Shown in pieces: positions 26,592-39,768 of a stretch of DNA of 64,000 nucleotides. The DNA lies in NCBI RefSeq assembly GCF_009834535.1, contig NC_045697.1, positions 106,704,001 to 106,768,000 of the forward strand. The letters run 5' to 3'. The stretch's first letter is position 1, and every line of letters starts with the position of its first letter. The translations under genes and the position numbers were made by a program. Source of the stretch: Camelus ferus (lineage: Eukaryota). A model generated the notes under the pieces. The model was not told where the DNA came from, did no database searches, and worked only from the letters and a program-made list of their open reading frames with translations.

Positions 26592-28169
26592 GTGCTCTCT
26601 TTTTAATCCGGGTAACTTTCAGGAGAACTGAAGTGAAAATCAAGTTGATTCACCCCTTTTCCGGTTTCAGTTGTTACATCATTCATCAAAGCAAAAGCAA
26701 GTGGCTCCTAGTCCTGGTAATTGTCAGCCGAGGGCAAACCAGCATGAGCTTTCCTGTGGTCCACCTGCGTGGACCACTTGTGCTTCTCCCCCGGCTGTTG
26801 CTGTAGACAGGGTTGTCCCTGCTTACCCGGCATCTTGGTTATTTCCCCCTTTTTGTTGTCTGTCAGTAACCTGGGCCTCCATCTTTCTTCCTAGTCCATC
26901 TTCAGCTCTCAGCTGAAGATTGTCCTTTTGTGTTGTTGCCACGAGGTCAGTTGGTGCTGCTTGCTGCTCTGAGTACACATCCATCCCTTCACACATGCAC
27001 ACAGACTTGCAGGAGGTCACTTGAAGGTGCAGAAATCCGGAGTGAAGATTCGTGGAATTTTTAAAACTATACATTGTATTATTGCTGAGACATTACATAA
27101 AATTGTCCTCACCAGACAAGGTGTATCTTACTATTGTAACCCTAGCATTCAGCACTCGCAGTTCCTTGGCACAGAGGAATTGCTCAAGGATGACTTACTG
27201 CTGCAAAAAGAGATGAAGAAGGTTAAGGGGAATGCCGATTCCTGGTCAAGACTGAAGATGAGATTACCAGTCAGATATCCTTCTGTGACCCGCCCCCCAA
27301 CCTTCCCTTTATCCTCCACCACACCTGAGGCTTGGCTAACAGCTGTGAGACCTGTTTTTGTTTTTCTTTTGATCATCTGTAAAATAAGGATGTTTGACTT
27401 TAAATGACTGCTGCAGCGCGAAGACTATGGTTCTTTAAGTTGCAAAAACCTGTCTGGGAAGCTGAGGAGTTGTTTCTCTCCCTCTCACTTAAAAGCTGAT
27501 AAAGAATCACTGAATCTTACGTTAAATATTAGCAGCTAAAGAAACCTCTGTCGCACGCATCAGCTGTTAGGACACGTGCTGAACCTCTCTGACCCCTGTC
27601 TGTGCCCAGTGACCATGCCTTGGGGACATTTCATCTCATTGCAGTGCCCTGCAATGCACGCTGTGTGTTGTCCTTGGGATGGAAACCTTCTTCTGAAAGA
27701 TGGGGCATCTTAGTTGTGCTCCTTGCCGTACAAAATGCCCTCGTTTCGATGTCATTGTGAAGCTCTAGTCAGCATCTGTCCGCGTTTGTGTCATTTTCTC
27801 TATTCAGAGGCACTACAGATAGAGAATTACAGATAATTGCCACGCGTTAGTGCTGTGCTTTTTCCTTCCCCTTCATTGAAAACAGCTTATTAAGATCAGT
27901 TAGGAGGGATGTCTGACAGCAGCGGCTGCTCTTCATGGGCGGGAACTCTTTACCACTATTTGTCCTAGTTAGATGCTTTTGTGGCTTTGGGGGTAGATAA
28001 TCTTTTTCCAGAGATGCAGAGGATTGACAAAACCAAGCTAACCAAGCCAGGACAGCACATGTGGTAGTTGACATTCACATCTTTCTGCTTCCCGTTTTGG
28101 CAGATTTTTATTTTTGGGGGGGTGCTATCCATGTGGGCACAATGTGGTGGCCAGTCAGTGACATGGTGG

Positions 28170-28690
28170 TGTACAAGTTACTAAAAGAATTTACTAGAGA
28201 TAAAGTATGAGAATAGAAAGAGTTTATTAGGGGTACCCCACCATAGACAACAGTTGGTCACTCAGACAAGGGGTGCCTGTGGGAGCCCCGAGGGCCGGTT
28301 GTTGGGGTCTTTTATGAGGTCGGGTCACAAGGTGCCTGATGGGCTTGTGCACAAGGCTCTGATTGGTTGCAGATGAAGTAAGAGATTTAGCGTTTGTGTA
28401 GGGCGGTGGGGTTTATGACTCTGGTAGGGTGGGCTGAAACAAGCCAGCCTGAGCTATGGTGAGATTAGGCGTTACCTAGGGCTATTAGTTTGTTAGGGGA
28501 AACAGGCCCAGTAAAGAATGTACTTTATGTGTCGAGGGATCACAGGCAGATGTCTGAGAGCCCAGGAGTGGGGGCTGTTGGACTTTGAAGGACTTAAGTT
28601 GTCCCAAAACAAGATCTGAGTTTTCCTTAGTAGGGAGTTAAGCCATTAAGTCAGAGGGAAGTAGAATCTGATACTCGCTGTGTTCACAGA
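28170..28690 (-). mobile_element. Probable ERV solo LTR (family uncertain)
   Basis: Minus-strand order CCAAT (28362-66), CATAAAA (28310-16), AATAAA (28223-28) as in U3-R-U5; boundaries approximate. Confidence 0.5.
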
Positions 28691-30644
28691 AGATCATGCT
28701 CTTTAAGGGGCTGGACCGAAGCCAGGAGAAGAAGAAAAACTTTCCTTAGGTTGTGAATATTTTTTGCAAGGTGGGGGTGTTAAGAAATAGAGTGGCAATC
28801 AAGTAATTAAGGTTCTTGAAACCTAAAGCTGAAAGATGTCAGGACAACCAAGAGTTAGTTGTACCTCAGTTACAACTTTTTGGTTTTGCTAGGTAGTTAC
28901 CTAAAACCACAGAATGTGGAAACTGGAAGTGGTCTCAAATCTTCTAATCTGTCTTCATTTCATAGGTGGAGAAACTGAGGTTCAGACATGCGGTGTGACT
29001 TGCTCAAGGTCCCAGTGGCCAGCTGGGATTCCTGACTCTTTCAGGGTCTCTGTCTCTAACCTCTGATGCCCCTCCCCACCACCCATCACTGGCAGGTGCA
29101 CTTCTGTGATGCAGCACAGGCACCCCTTGGAAATGCTGTGCTGTGTAGGTCTTTTGGGAGTGTTGGTGCCTGGGTTTAGATACACACAAATGATCTGAAT
29201 GAAAACGGGTTGTGAGATTGGGAAAGGAGGAAGGAGGGTTAGGGAAAGGAGAGGGGGTACTGAGGTGCAGGGGAGGGTGGTGAGGGGAGGTGGAAAGATA
29301 GAGAGGAATGCCTGTTGACAGCTCTTCCTGTGAGACTTGGCAGAGGAGATTATTCGCACGGGTCTAATGGGAGTTCTTTTCAAGTGAAATGGTCACGTTG
29401 TGTGACCAGCACTTCTCCCCGACCCCTTAAATCTTTAGCGAAATGATAAAGGTCACAGTAGGTGAGGGTTATTGGTTCTCTTTGGAAGCCAGCAGTGGAA
29501 CTGAGTATTGTCAAGAGTGGCACAGGTTGGAAACAGATGGTGTAGTCCAGGCCCAGCAGGTGCGTGGGGCCCCGGACGTGAGATCATGTTACGTGGTGGG
29601 CCTGTGATGGAAGCCATGTTGTGAGTCCAGTGGCTTAACTGGTCTTTGCGAGCAGAGCCCATGCTCGTGACCACACCTAGCCCCAGGGACAGAGTGAGAG
29701 AGCAAGGCCAGTCTGTTAAACAGATGATTGGAACTGCATAGTTGGACCAGAAATTCATAAAATGAGTTGCTGGGGCCATGGGCTTCTTCCCAGAACTTAA
29801 TCCCGAGGGATGAGAAGTTGGCTTTGCTTCCATATGGATTGAGGGAATCTGGCTTTTCTAAAAGACAAGGCCACTCACAGTGATAGTCACGTGGGGAGGA
29901 GGCATTTTTGCCGCCAGACTTGAGCTGCCTCTGTGACGGTGACTCCAGGCTCCCCGCCCTCAGGCACACGAGGAGCCCACAGCCTTGGGGTGAGGCTAGT
30001 TCATGCCAGGTCCTACTAGGCCTGGGCCAGGAGGGTACATGACTCCTCAGGACTCTTGTTTATCTTTCTTTTAATCTCCTTACTTAACTAAAATTTTCTG
30101 TTCCAGTTGGTCTCAGTTAAGCTAAGGGATCCCCTTAGGCCAGAGATGGCACCCCCCCGAGTGTGCAATTTCACAAGAAGAGAGGCTCAAAGAAGGGTGT
30201 CACCCAGAGCCCCGTTGTCCCAGGTGGACACAGGACGGTGCTGTGGTTCTGCGGGTAAGCCCGGAAACCAGGGTGCCCGGGTTTCATCTGGGCTTGGCCC
30301 CTCACGAGCTGTGGGGCCTTGGGCAAGTCACATCACCTTTGTCTGTCAAAAGGGGAATGCATAGGCCCTCAGCACAGGTCTGAGGTGAACTAAGTGTAGA
30401 GAAAGAGCCCAGAATAGCTTTGTTGTTCTTTCTTTACTGTAAGTCTTGGGGTTTCCAGGTTCAGCTTTCACATGAGGGAGGTTTCACTTAGGAAAGCATG
30501 TTGATGTGCATTTGGGTAGGAGAAGGAAAGAGAAAGTGAGAGAAGTCAGACTCCAGGTTTAACCACCTTCTCTGCTCTTGTTCCCATTTCCCCTCCCAGC
30601 TGCACCTTCGTCTCTGCCTCCCTGCCCTGCACAGTCCAGCCCTA

Positions 30645-31165
30645 TTAGTAATCTGGGTAATTCTATTAGTAACAAGTTATCCCAGAATTTAGCATCTTAA
30701 AACAACAATACAAAATTATTTTCTCTCAACAATTCTTGTAGGTCAGGAATTCAGGAGCAGCTTAACTGAGTGATCTGGCTTAAGATCTTTGATGAGGTTG
30801 TGGTTGAGATGGACACCAGGGCTGCAGTCACCAAAGGCTTGAGTGAGAATGGAGGACCCCCTTCCAAGGGGGCTCACTCACTCAGTGGCAGGTTGGTACC
30901 ATGGGCCGCACCCCCTCCCCCCATAAGTTGGTTTCAGTGTCCTCAGAACACGGCAGCTGGCTTTCCCCAGAGTGAGTGACTTGAAAGAGAGGGAGAGTGC
31001 AGGCAGAAGTTCCCCGTCCTGTGACCTAGCCTGGGAAGTCAGACACCATCATTTCCATGATAGCTTAGCGGTCATAAATGCTAGTGCAGTTCTGCATTGG
31101 AGGAGGCTACACAAGGGCATGAAAATCAGGAGGTGAGGCTCACGGGAACCGTTTGGAGGGTGGCT
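30645..31165 (-). mobile_element. MaLR LTR (MLT1F/H-like)
   Basis: aatttagcatcttaaaacaaca..gtaggtcaggaattcaggagcagctta..gggctgcagtca..ttccaagggggctcactcac. Confidence 0.8.
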
Positions 31166-33549
31166 CCCTCACCCCTGCTCTCAGCTTTCCTCTTGCCCAA
31201 GGTTTCTTTCCTAGGCTGCCTCTGCTCTCCCTTTGGAGGACCACAAAACTCTCTCTCCCCATCAATCTCACTGCTTTGTTCTCCTTCCGGTCCTTTTGTT
31301 CTCCAGACCCATCACTCCCTGCACATTCCTTTCTCTCCTCTTCAGATCCTCGAATCCCACCACCACTGACGTTTTCTTGTCTTAATCCGCATCTTCCTGA
31401 TCCCGCCTCTTCTCCTTGACCTCAGCCCATGATCTCCTGTTTCCTCTGCCCGAGCTCCTCCCAGTCCCTTCAGTCTAGCTGATAACTTCCCCTTTGGGGC
31501 TATTGACTGTGCTGCTTAAATCACAGCGTTTTCTTTGGGACAGATAGGCGGTAAAGAGTACTAAATGTGTCATCAGCTGCCAGACGGATGAAGAAAGCAC
31601 TTCCCTGAAATTTAATTCATCATCCATGTCCTGGTTTAAGACTTTCAAGGCTGTGGTAACTCAAGGCTTCAGAGTCAGGGGCACATCTGTGGACACTGGG
31701 GAATAAAACGCCTCGTGTTTTGATGCCGAAGCGTGTGCCCAGGGGCTGTCTACTGTGAGCATTCCTGTTGGTTGAAAGAAGAAAGAAAAAAAGTACATTT
31801 GGAACATTATCCAACATCTTGAGATTATAAACTGTCTGATGTGCTGATGTTTTATCTGATGATGTCTCGTGGGTCTGCTGGTGGTGAAAGATTTTCCAGA
31901 TTTGTGAAGTGTGATGAAAGGGCTGGTAGTATCTCATCCTGATTGGCAGAGCTAAAATGTAACTCTTTGACCTTCTGAACTCAAAACTTCTTTTCAAAGC
32001 CGTGAAATGTAAATCCACGGTAGCTTCTGACCTTCAACGTTTTCGCTTTTCCCTGGAGCTTTGGTTTTTCTTGGGTATTTAAAACTAGTTAATGGTCTTC
32101 AGTACTTTTATACCCTCCTTATTACCCCAGGAATGTGGGGTGGTGACTTCATCTCTGAGCGTAATTGATTTTGTTGACAAAAGCAAAAGAAAAAGCAGGA
32201 CCAAGCCGTTTTGAAGACCTCCGTGCCCTAACAAAATAAATCATCGTAATGAACCTCAGGCTCTGTTTGAGGTCAGTGATTTGTACATTGTAGTTGCTCA
32301 GTAAATGGAGGCATTTGGTGGGTAAATGGCTCAGTTGGGCAGAAGCCCACTTTGTGGGGATGGAGGGAGCATTTGCCAAGCAAATCAGCATATAAGTAGG
32401 TCAATTGTAAAAACTTCATTTAAATGTAAGCAGCATGTTTGTTCATCTTCAACACCCCCTTATTCGTGAAAGTGAGTCATTAGGAATTCTTCTCCGCATG
32501 TTAGGTAACTGGGTGGCGTTAAGACTTAGGGGTTGTGGCTGTGAGCTGACCTGGGCCAGAGCCGGACGTGGGTAGCTCCGTAGTTGGGGCTGGGGAGGCG
32601 GGCACCTCTCCCACCTTCCAGGCATCCCGGAAATCAGTGATAACCTCACACGGAAAGCCTGCAGGCATGCTTAGCAGGTGGGCATGGCCATGCCACCTGC
32701 TGCTCACAATCCAGTAAGCCAGCGCTTTGCTTGAAAGGCTCACTCCTACGGTTGGGATGAGACTCTGCTGGTGTTGGCGGGCCGTGTAGTCAGGGGAGGG
32801 GGCAGCGATACTCAGGGGAAGGCACAGGTCCGCAGCTTCCACACAGCCCTGTTCATAGGCGGGAGCTGGCTGCTGCCTCCACCCGGGCACACGAACAGGC
32901 GGTGGGTTCTGTTTACCACTGTTCGCCTCTGCTAACCAGTCACACGTCTCACGCACCGAGACCCCTTTCAGCTGTGCTCAGTGGAAACAAATCTAAGATA
33001 CGGCTGCAGGTGAGACCACTTTGTGCGCTACCAGCCCCTAGGCGCTGATTCAGATTAGTTGTTCTCATATCTCATTATTAAAACCGAAGTGTTTCAGAGT
33101 CTGCTGTCACAAATCCAGTACAAAAGTGTTAAAGCTTCTGTTTTTAAATGGTTGCCTAATTTACACTGACTTTCCTTCTAATCAATGGAACTGATGTTTC
33201 TGATACTTAAAAAAAAAAAGCCATAAAAATGATAATGGAAGCAAATCTATTTACAAGTAATATCTAGTATACTGATTTAAAAAATTCTTTGGTACATTTC
33301 AGGGGGTATCTTATTAAAGGAAAATTTTTCTTAAGATTTCTATGTGAGGAAAGGCTGTGAATTTACCAACTTATATATTGTTTGACTGAATTATAGGAAT
33401 GTGACTGTAGTTATGTAATCTGAAAGCATGTTCTAAATATACTACAGTGAGTATTTTAATCAGTGAATCTGGTGTAGGGTGGCACCCCTGAGTTACTTTA
33501 ATAGCCTTGCAAGACTTCTTTCCCTGAGCTCTTAGAGGAGGTCATAGTG

Positions 33550-33750
33550 TGAGACTAGCCAAATAGCCCCTGGGCTCTGTAGTCAGACTTGGATTTAGAT
33601 TTTGAATCCACATTTGCTGTGGTGTTTGGGCAAGTTATATAACCCCTCTGAGCTTTTGGTTTCTTCACAGACCAACAGAGATGGTGATAATATATCTAAT
33701 TTATGAAAGTACTCATTTTAGGACGTGGCATAAAACAGGCATTCAATAAA
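33550..33750 (+). mobile_element. MIR SINE
   Basis: gggctctgtagtcagac..tttgggcaagttatataacccctctgagc. Confidence 0.65.
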
Positions 33751-33918
33751 CTGTAATGAGTGTCTTCTTTCCTTTTCTCACAAAGAGAACATTGTTCTTG
33801 GGCTGTAGGTGACTCTCAATGTTTATAGACTGTCGGATGAGTGACGGAGAGAACTTAAATAGGATAACTGAACGATTAATTACAGTTACTGCCAGAAACT
33901 TCCTCCACAGAGGTTTTC

Positions 33919-34283
33919 TTTTTTTTCTTTTGTTGTATATGTAGTTTTCTTTTATATATATATATATATATTTTTTTTTTTTTTAATTGCAGTAGTCAGT
34001 TTACAGTGTGTCATTTTTCTGGTGTACAGCACAATGCTTCAGTCATACATGAGCATACATATATTCGTTTTCATAGTCTTTTTCACTGTAAGTTACTACA
34101 AGATATTGAATATAGTTCCCTGTGCTATACATTATAAACTTGTTAATCTATTTTATACATAGTAGTTAGTATCTGCAAATCTCGAACTCCCAATTTATCC
34201 CTTCCCACCCCCTTCCCCCACTGGTAACCGTGAGTTTGTTTTCTTTGTGAGTCTGTTTCTGTTTCGTAAATAAGTTCATTTGT
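33919..34283 (-). mobile_element. Young L1 3' end with (TA)n/T-rich tail
   Basis: Same family as 23331; exact TSD CAGAGGTTTTC (33908-18 / 34284-94). Confidence 0.85.
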
Positions 34284-34450
34284 CAGAGGTTTTCAACCTA
34301 AGCTACACATTAGATCTGTGGAGCTTTAACAAATGCTGATGCCTGGGCTCTGCATCCAAGGACTCTTTAATAGGTGGTGCAGCCTGGCGATAGAATTTTT
34401 CAGATCTTCCCAGTTGATTCTAATGTACAGCCAGAGCAGAGGACGTCTGC
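34284..34450. mobile_element. MER5A-like hAT-Charlie element
   Basis: cagaggttttcaacct..ctacacattaga..tgctgatgcctgggc..cccagttgattctaatgtacagcca. Confidence 0.7.
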
Positions 34451-34543
34451 TTTGTAACAACCATACACTGGGGTTTACTCTGCTCTAGAGTTTCAAAGTG
34501 TAAGAGGTTGGAGAAAAAACTTCCCTACGAAAGTTCTTGTAGA

Positions 34544-34759
34544 CCAGAGGTTTATTTGCTTGTGCCCAAATTTGGCCCATTGCCTGCTTTTCTAAATAAA
34601 GTTTTATTGGAACACAGCCATGCTCATTTGTTTCTGTTTGGCCTCTGGCTGCTTTCAAGCTACAGCAGCAGAGCTGAGTGGCTGTGACGGAGACCAGATG
34701 ACCCACAAACACTAAACTGCTACTCTCTGGCCCTTTACAGAAAATGTCTCTGACCCCTG
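34544..34759. mobile_element. MER58A-like hAT-Charlie element
   Basis: taaataaagttttattggaacacagccatgctcatttg..ctggccctttacagaaaa..tgacccctg. Confidence 0.85.
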
Positions 34760-37700
34760 CAGTAGGCCACTTAAAAATGGAGTGCCGTTTTCCAAGATGC
34801 TTTGAGAAAGTCACCTCACCCCACAAGTATATCTGCTGGATTCTGTTCAAGTGCTTCCTTTTATGAAAAACCAGAATGGAGTATGTCCAGCATTATACTC
34901 AAGAGTAGCATGAGATAATGCATTGATGGAACCATTTTTGCTATTTTTTTTTGAGAATTGCCTATTTCTGAATAAAACTTTGTATTTTTAGTACCCCACT
35001 TAACACTTCTCTTTAAATTTCAAGTTCTGTAGAAATAGTTAACAATCCACTTATCAAAGAAATTTAATGTAGGACACTCTGACTTTATTTCCTTGCTAAA
35101 AAAAAAAAAGGAAATCTGGCATGTTACTGATGATCAGATGTGCTCAGTCAGCCACGAATGCCCTCTTCAGTGATGCTAGCAGTTGAGGGCACTTTATAGC
35201 TTTTTCTGCTGTGTTTTCAAGTCTTTTTAAAAAAGTTCTTAGAAGCAGATTCGTGTGCATTTTCCTTCCTTGCTTACTCATAAAAGTGGAACTGCTGCTG
35301 CCAGAGAGCAGGTGGGTGGGGCGGCGGTGCAGGCATAGAATGTGCTTGGCAGAATCTTCAGTCTTTTCCATCACCCATCAGGACCTCATCAGGAAATATG
35401 TCCCCTCCTCTCCCTACTCCTAAACATAATTGCACCTTTTGGAACCAGTTAGCAATTATGGAAGATGTCTTGAAGGAGCCCAGGTGCTGCCATCCGTGTG
35501 CACTTCACTGAGGAGCGTCTGGCTAACATGTGGCATCGGGCCCTGTCTCCGTGCTGTCTCAGCATCCTGGCTGCTGACAGAAGCACAAACACTCGTTAGC
35601 ATTTTAAGAGATTTTAATACAAAATTTTACTTTGACAATGGAAGTGGCACGGGTTTCATCAGGGATGCCATATTTTAACCTCTCCTCGCTTCAGTAAGAC
35701 ACTAATTCTCTTATAGGGAGCAGGGCAATCCATAAATTCTACCTGGTGAATGGTGAGGATTTTGCAATCGTAGCTTCCACTGCGTGTTTCCCTTGTTCTT
35801 TTTCTGCATGTCTCTTGGGGCACCCAGGGTGCTTTGCTTTATATTTGACAATTTTAATATTTGCCAGGGATCTGTGCAGAGCTCTTGGTGAATACCCAGC
35901 TTTCCGTGGATTCTCGGAGCACCAGGCTTCATTGCCAGGAGGTCACGTGAACTTAATCGCTAGATGTGTGATTCACTGAGCCAAGTGTGTGTCTGTGCCT
36001 TAGCAAAGTGGTCCCTCTCACCAGCTTCTTGGTCATTTGTAACCACCAGAACCTTGGAAACCGTATCCTGAAATGCTGAGGTTTCTTGGAAGGATTTTAA
36101 GAGTACACACATGCTGCTTCATAAGACTGTAAACTTCCAGGCAGCAGTGGATCTTTGTATCCTTTAAAAATCCAGCACGGATTATTGCTAAGAGAGGAAA
36201 GGAAAACTGTCCCTGTGTCTAATCACATTCTGTCTCTTGAGCTGTGTTTATTGTGATTCCCTAATTTTTTCATGTTTTCATTTTCTTCGTGAAAGCTTTT
36301 TTTAAAATAAAGGAACATATTTGGATAGGTCACCAGATATGTCACTCCTTTACTCTGTGTGTGTATATATGTTCTTAAATGCTTGGGGTTTAAAGCTTAA
36401 ATCATTCCATTTGAGAGTATGGAAAAACGCTCTTCTTGGCCGTCATTATTTGCTAAGAAAGCCGCGTTTCTTGATGATTTAGCGATGCCTTCGTCAGGTA
36501 CAAGTGAAAGTAGCCTTTGACTCGGGCCTGCGCCCTCACCCTCTCCACGAGGCCGCCTCTGAGGCCAAGGCTCTAATCCAGTCGCCGTTCTCTTTCAGTC
36601 ACTAGAGAGCCAGCCCCCACCACCTGCTCTGTCTCCTGCTCTCTTTCCTGGCTCCTCGCCACCTCTGAATCCCAGAACAAACCAGATTTGTAATTGCTGG
36701 ACTGTACAGGGACTCAGGATAGGTGGGAGTGGGGGGTTTAATCAAAAGAAACACCAGGAGAGTTACAGTGGTTGACAGGAACTCAATAAACACTCCGAGG
36801 AGTCACCCATCCGTGTGAAAATGGACAAGGAGGTAAAAGTGCCTGCAGTCGGCCCTTCCAAGGCTTCCTTCTTAGCCGTCGAGTCAGAACACACCCGCTA
36901 ACTGGCTTACCCTAGTTGTTAGAGAAATGTTACCTGCTTCCAGGAGAGCAGAGCAAGCACGTGGGTGTTGGCGGTGGGGACAAAGGCAGGTCCCCGGACC
37001 TCAGCAGTGGCTGTGGGTTGTGCACACCGCATACTTCCCGGGCTCTGAGTGTCGGGAAGGAAGATGGTTCCCGCCCAGTGCCCGGGCGGAACCCAGCCAG
37101 CAGTGTCCCAGGGTGGGGGGCTGCCCTGTGCTGGGCTGTGGATTTAGACGTGCAGGTAAGCCGTTCACCGGCCACTGTTGCTCCCAGGCATTGACCACCC
37201 CACCTCCCATCCCCTCTCATCCCCATAAGCTATGATTTTTCCATTTATCTTTTCAAATATAATTTCCCCCCAAAATACATTCTTCTTTATTCCATTAAGA
37301 ATTTGGTTGATATGAATGTAATTTGGATCTTTTACTCCCTTGGGTGACAATTTTCAATCTAGGAAGGGTGGGATTAGAAGAGGAACAGACTTGGAATGAA
37401 TTATTGAGCAAAAGATCTCATAAAGCCATTGTGCATTCAAAAATTCAAAAACATTTCTCAGCCGCTTCTTTCAAGGCCCTATGCTAGATGTTTTAAGGAA
37501 AGATAGGAATAACTAATATTGTGTTAGTGTTACATGTCAGTGACTGTGCTAAATGATTGTACATGCATGAGCTAATTTTAATTCTCTAGAAATCTTTGAG
37601 CTAGGTGCTGCTACTGTCCCTCTATTCAGAGCAGAAAATTAAGACTTGGAAAGTTTTAGCAACGTTAAAAAAAAAAAAAAAGATTATTGGAGTTAGTATA

Positions 37701-39768
37701 AGTATAAAATAGGTGGAAAAAAAAGGTGACAAACAAATTGGGCAGGTGAGTAGGAGGATAAACCATGGCCTGGCTGCCGTGCTGGAGACAGTGGGGTTAT
37801 TCTGCTGGTAACCAAGATGCAGTGAGGTTTTGGGATCCTAGGGGTGATGCCAGAACTGTCGTTTGGAAATGTTTCTCTGGCAATAATCATAGAATGGGAG
37901 AGGCCGTAGGTAAGGAGCCTCGGATGGGGGTGCACACTGAGGAGGACCCGGACGAACGGAGCAGAGAATGTCGTGGTTTTCCTTTCACCTTCCCTTCGTG
38001 TCCCCTCTCTGGGCCGCAGTTTTGAAAGCCTTGCTTTTAAAAACATTCTAGCATAAATTCCTGCTGGTTTTGAAGTTGCCTTCAATTTCAGTGGCAAAAA
38101 AAAAAAAAAAAAAAAGAGAAAGAGAGAGAGAGAACAAAACCAGCAAAAAAGCTAAATTTTGAAAACCTTTGGTTGGCCACCTTGTAGCTTGAGGAAACTG
38201 ATTGAACCCTGAGAGGCCGGCTGAACACCGGCGTTTTCATCAGGCTAAGCGTGGCTAGAAAGGGGCGCACACGCACACCCACGTTCCCGCACGACTACAC
38301 ACGCGTCAGAGTGCAGGAGACAGACACTTACAAGAGGCGTGTTTGCCACTCAGGACAGGGGCTCATAAGTGGGTCTCAGCGCTGCTTTTCCTCAGCCCTG
38401 GGTGTCCTTAAAGGACATGTTGCTGCTGCTTTTACTGGCCACACAGGTGTGGTTACATGGGATCTGAGAAAACAGCCTAATTTTTACATGCCTTTTGTTC
38501 TTGAGACTGATATTTTACCCCAGAACAGCTTCTGGATGATCCTGTTGGAAGGAATTTTTATAAGGATTGGGCTCTCCTGGATTGTACCAAACTCAGCACC
38601 TGTGAGGTTCTCTGCTTTACCCAGAGGAAGGGAGTGGACTCAGTGTCTCCAACTTGTGGGCCCTGTGGGAAGGGTGGGTCCCTGCCCTGGAGAGGCTGTG
38701 TCCTTGATGCTTTCATTGAGCAAGTCTGAATTAGGAACTTGTGCACCAGGCTCCGTGCTACACTCAGGGATGCAGGGATGAGCAAGGATAGCCACTGTGA
38801 GGCAGAAGCTACCAGGATAGCTCAGGCAGAGAGGTGAGCATGAAAACACACTCACACACAGAAATGTCAAAGATGCGTCTCAGTGTTCAGTAAGTCCTTT
38901 GACCTTGTAAACTCCTGAAAGGAATAGTTTAAAAAAAAAATGAAGAAGGAAAATTAAAGATGAAAGGGAAAAGATTGAGTTTGAAAGTGTAATAGCCCTT
39001 GGAAATGAAGAAAAGATTTCATAAGCCTACAGAATAATAAATAAAATAGAATAAATAAAAATAAATGTATGAACAATGTTCATAATGTGAGTTTTTCAGT
39101 TCACCTAAGAAGTAGAAATATTTCTCTGTTAGACTGGGAACTTCAGCTTTTTGTTAAGCTGAAACCTACCTCTTAGTTTTATCTTTTGTTTCCCTCTGGT
39201 TCCTAGTAAAAAGAAAAATTCCTTATGATGCTCAAGAGTCATTCCCACTCTCTTGGGGGGTAGAGAAGTTTGTTGAGCCAGGGCTGCTCTCTGGATCCTG
39301 AATCCCCAGGAGGGTGTGCAGGTGATGCAGTCCTGGACGTGTGGCTGGGAGGAACTCGCCCTCAGCAGGGACCCCAGTGCTCAGCACAGGGGAGGCTGCT
39401 GGATCTGGGGGCTCAGCGCTGACATTCTTGGAAATCCCTACAGTCCTAACCCTACTGTGCCGCCATAACTACTTTGTGCATTGATTGTGCCGTGGGTCTC
39501 CTTATTGAGATCAGAAGTAACACAGCATCAAGGAAGAGTAGCACTGTCAGTTCTGCTACTAATACTAATGGAAAACACTGTGTCTAAGGAAGAACTGTAT
39601 TGACGGGGTTGTATGTGGGAGAGAGGTGAGCTGAGAAGCAAGGGGGCGCTCCTCTGTGTCTGTGTCATTATATTTGTACAGTCGGACAGCACTTTCTCTC
39701 CTCTAAGGATTAACCAGCTAGAGATGTGTAAGCGTATCCTGATAAGTAACGTGCGCTCTCTTCTTCAG

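Noticed and set aside
36157..36165. U12-type donor consensus GTATCCTTT (also at 9255-9263)
   Set aside because: No associated exon or U12 branch site; all identified introns look U2-type
37743..37751. Perfect donor CAG|GTGAGT
   Set aside because: No plausible upstream acceptor or promoter; isolated matches are expected in long introns
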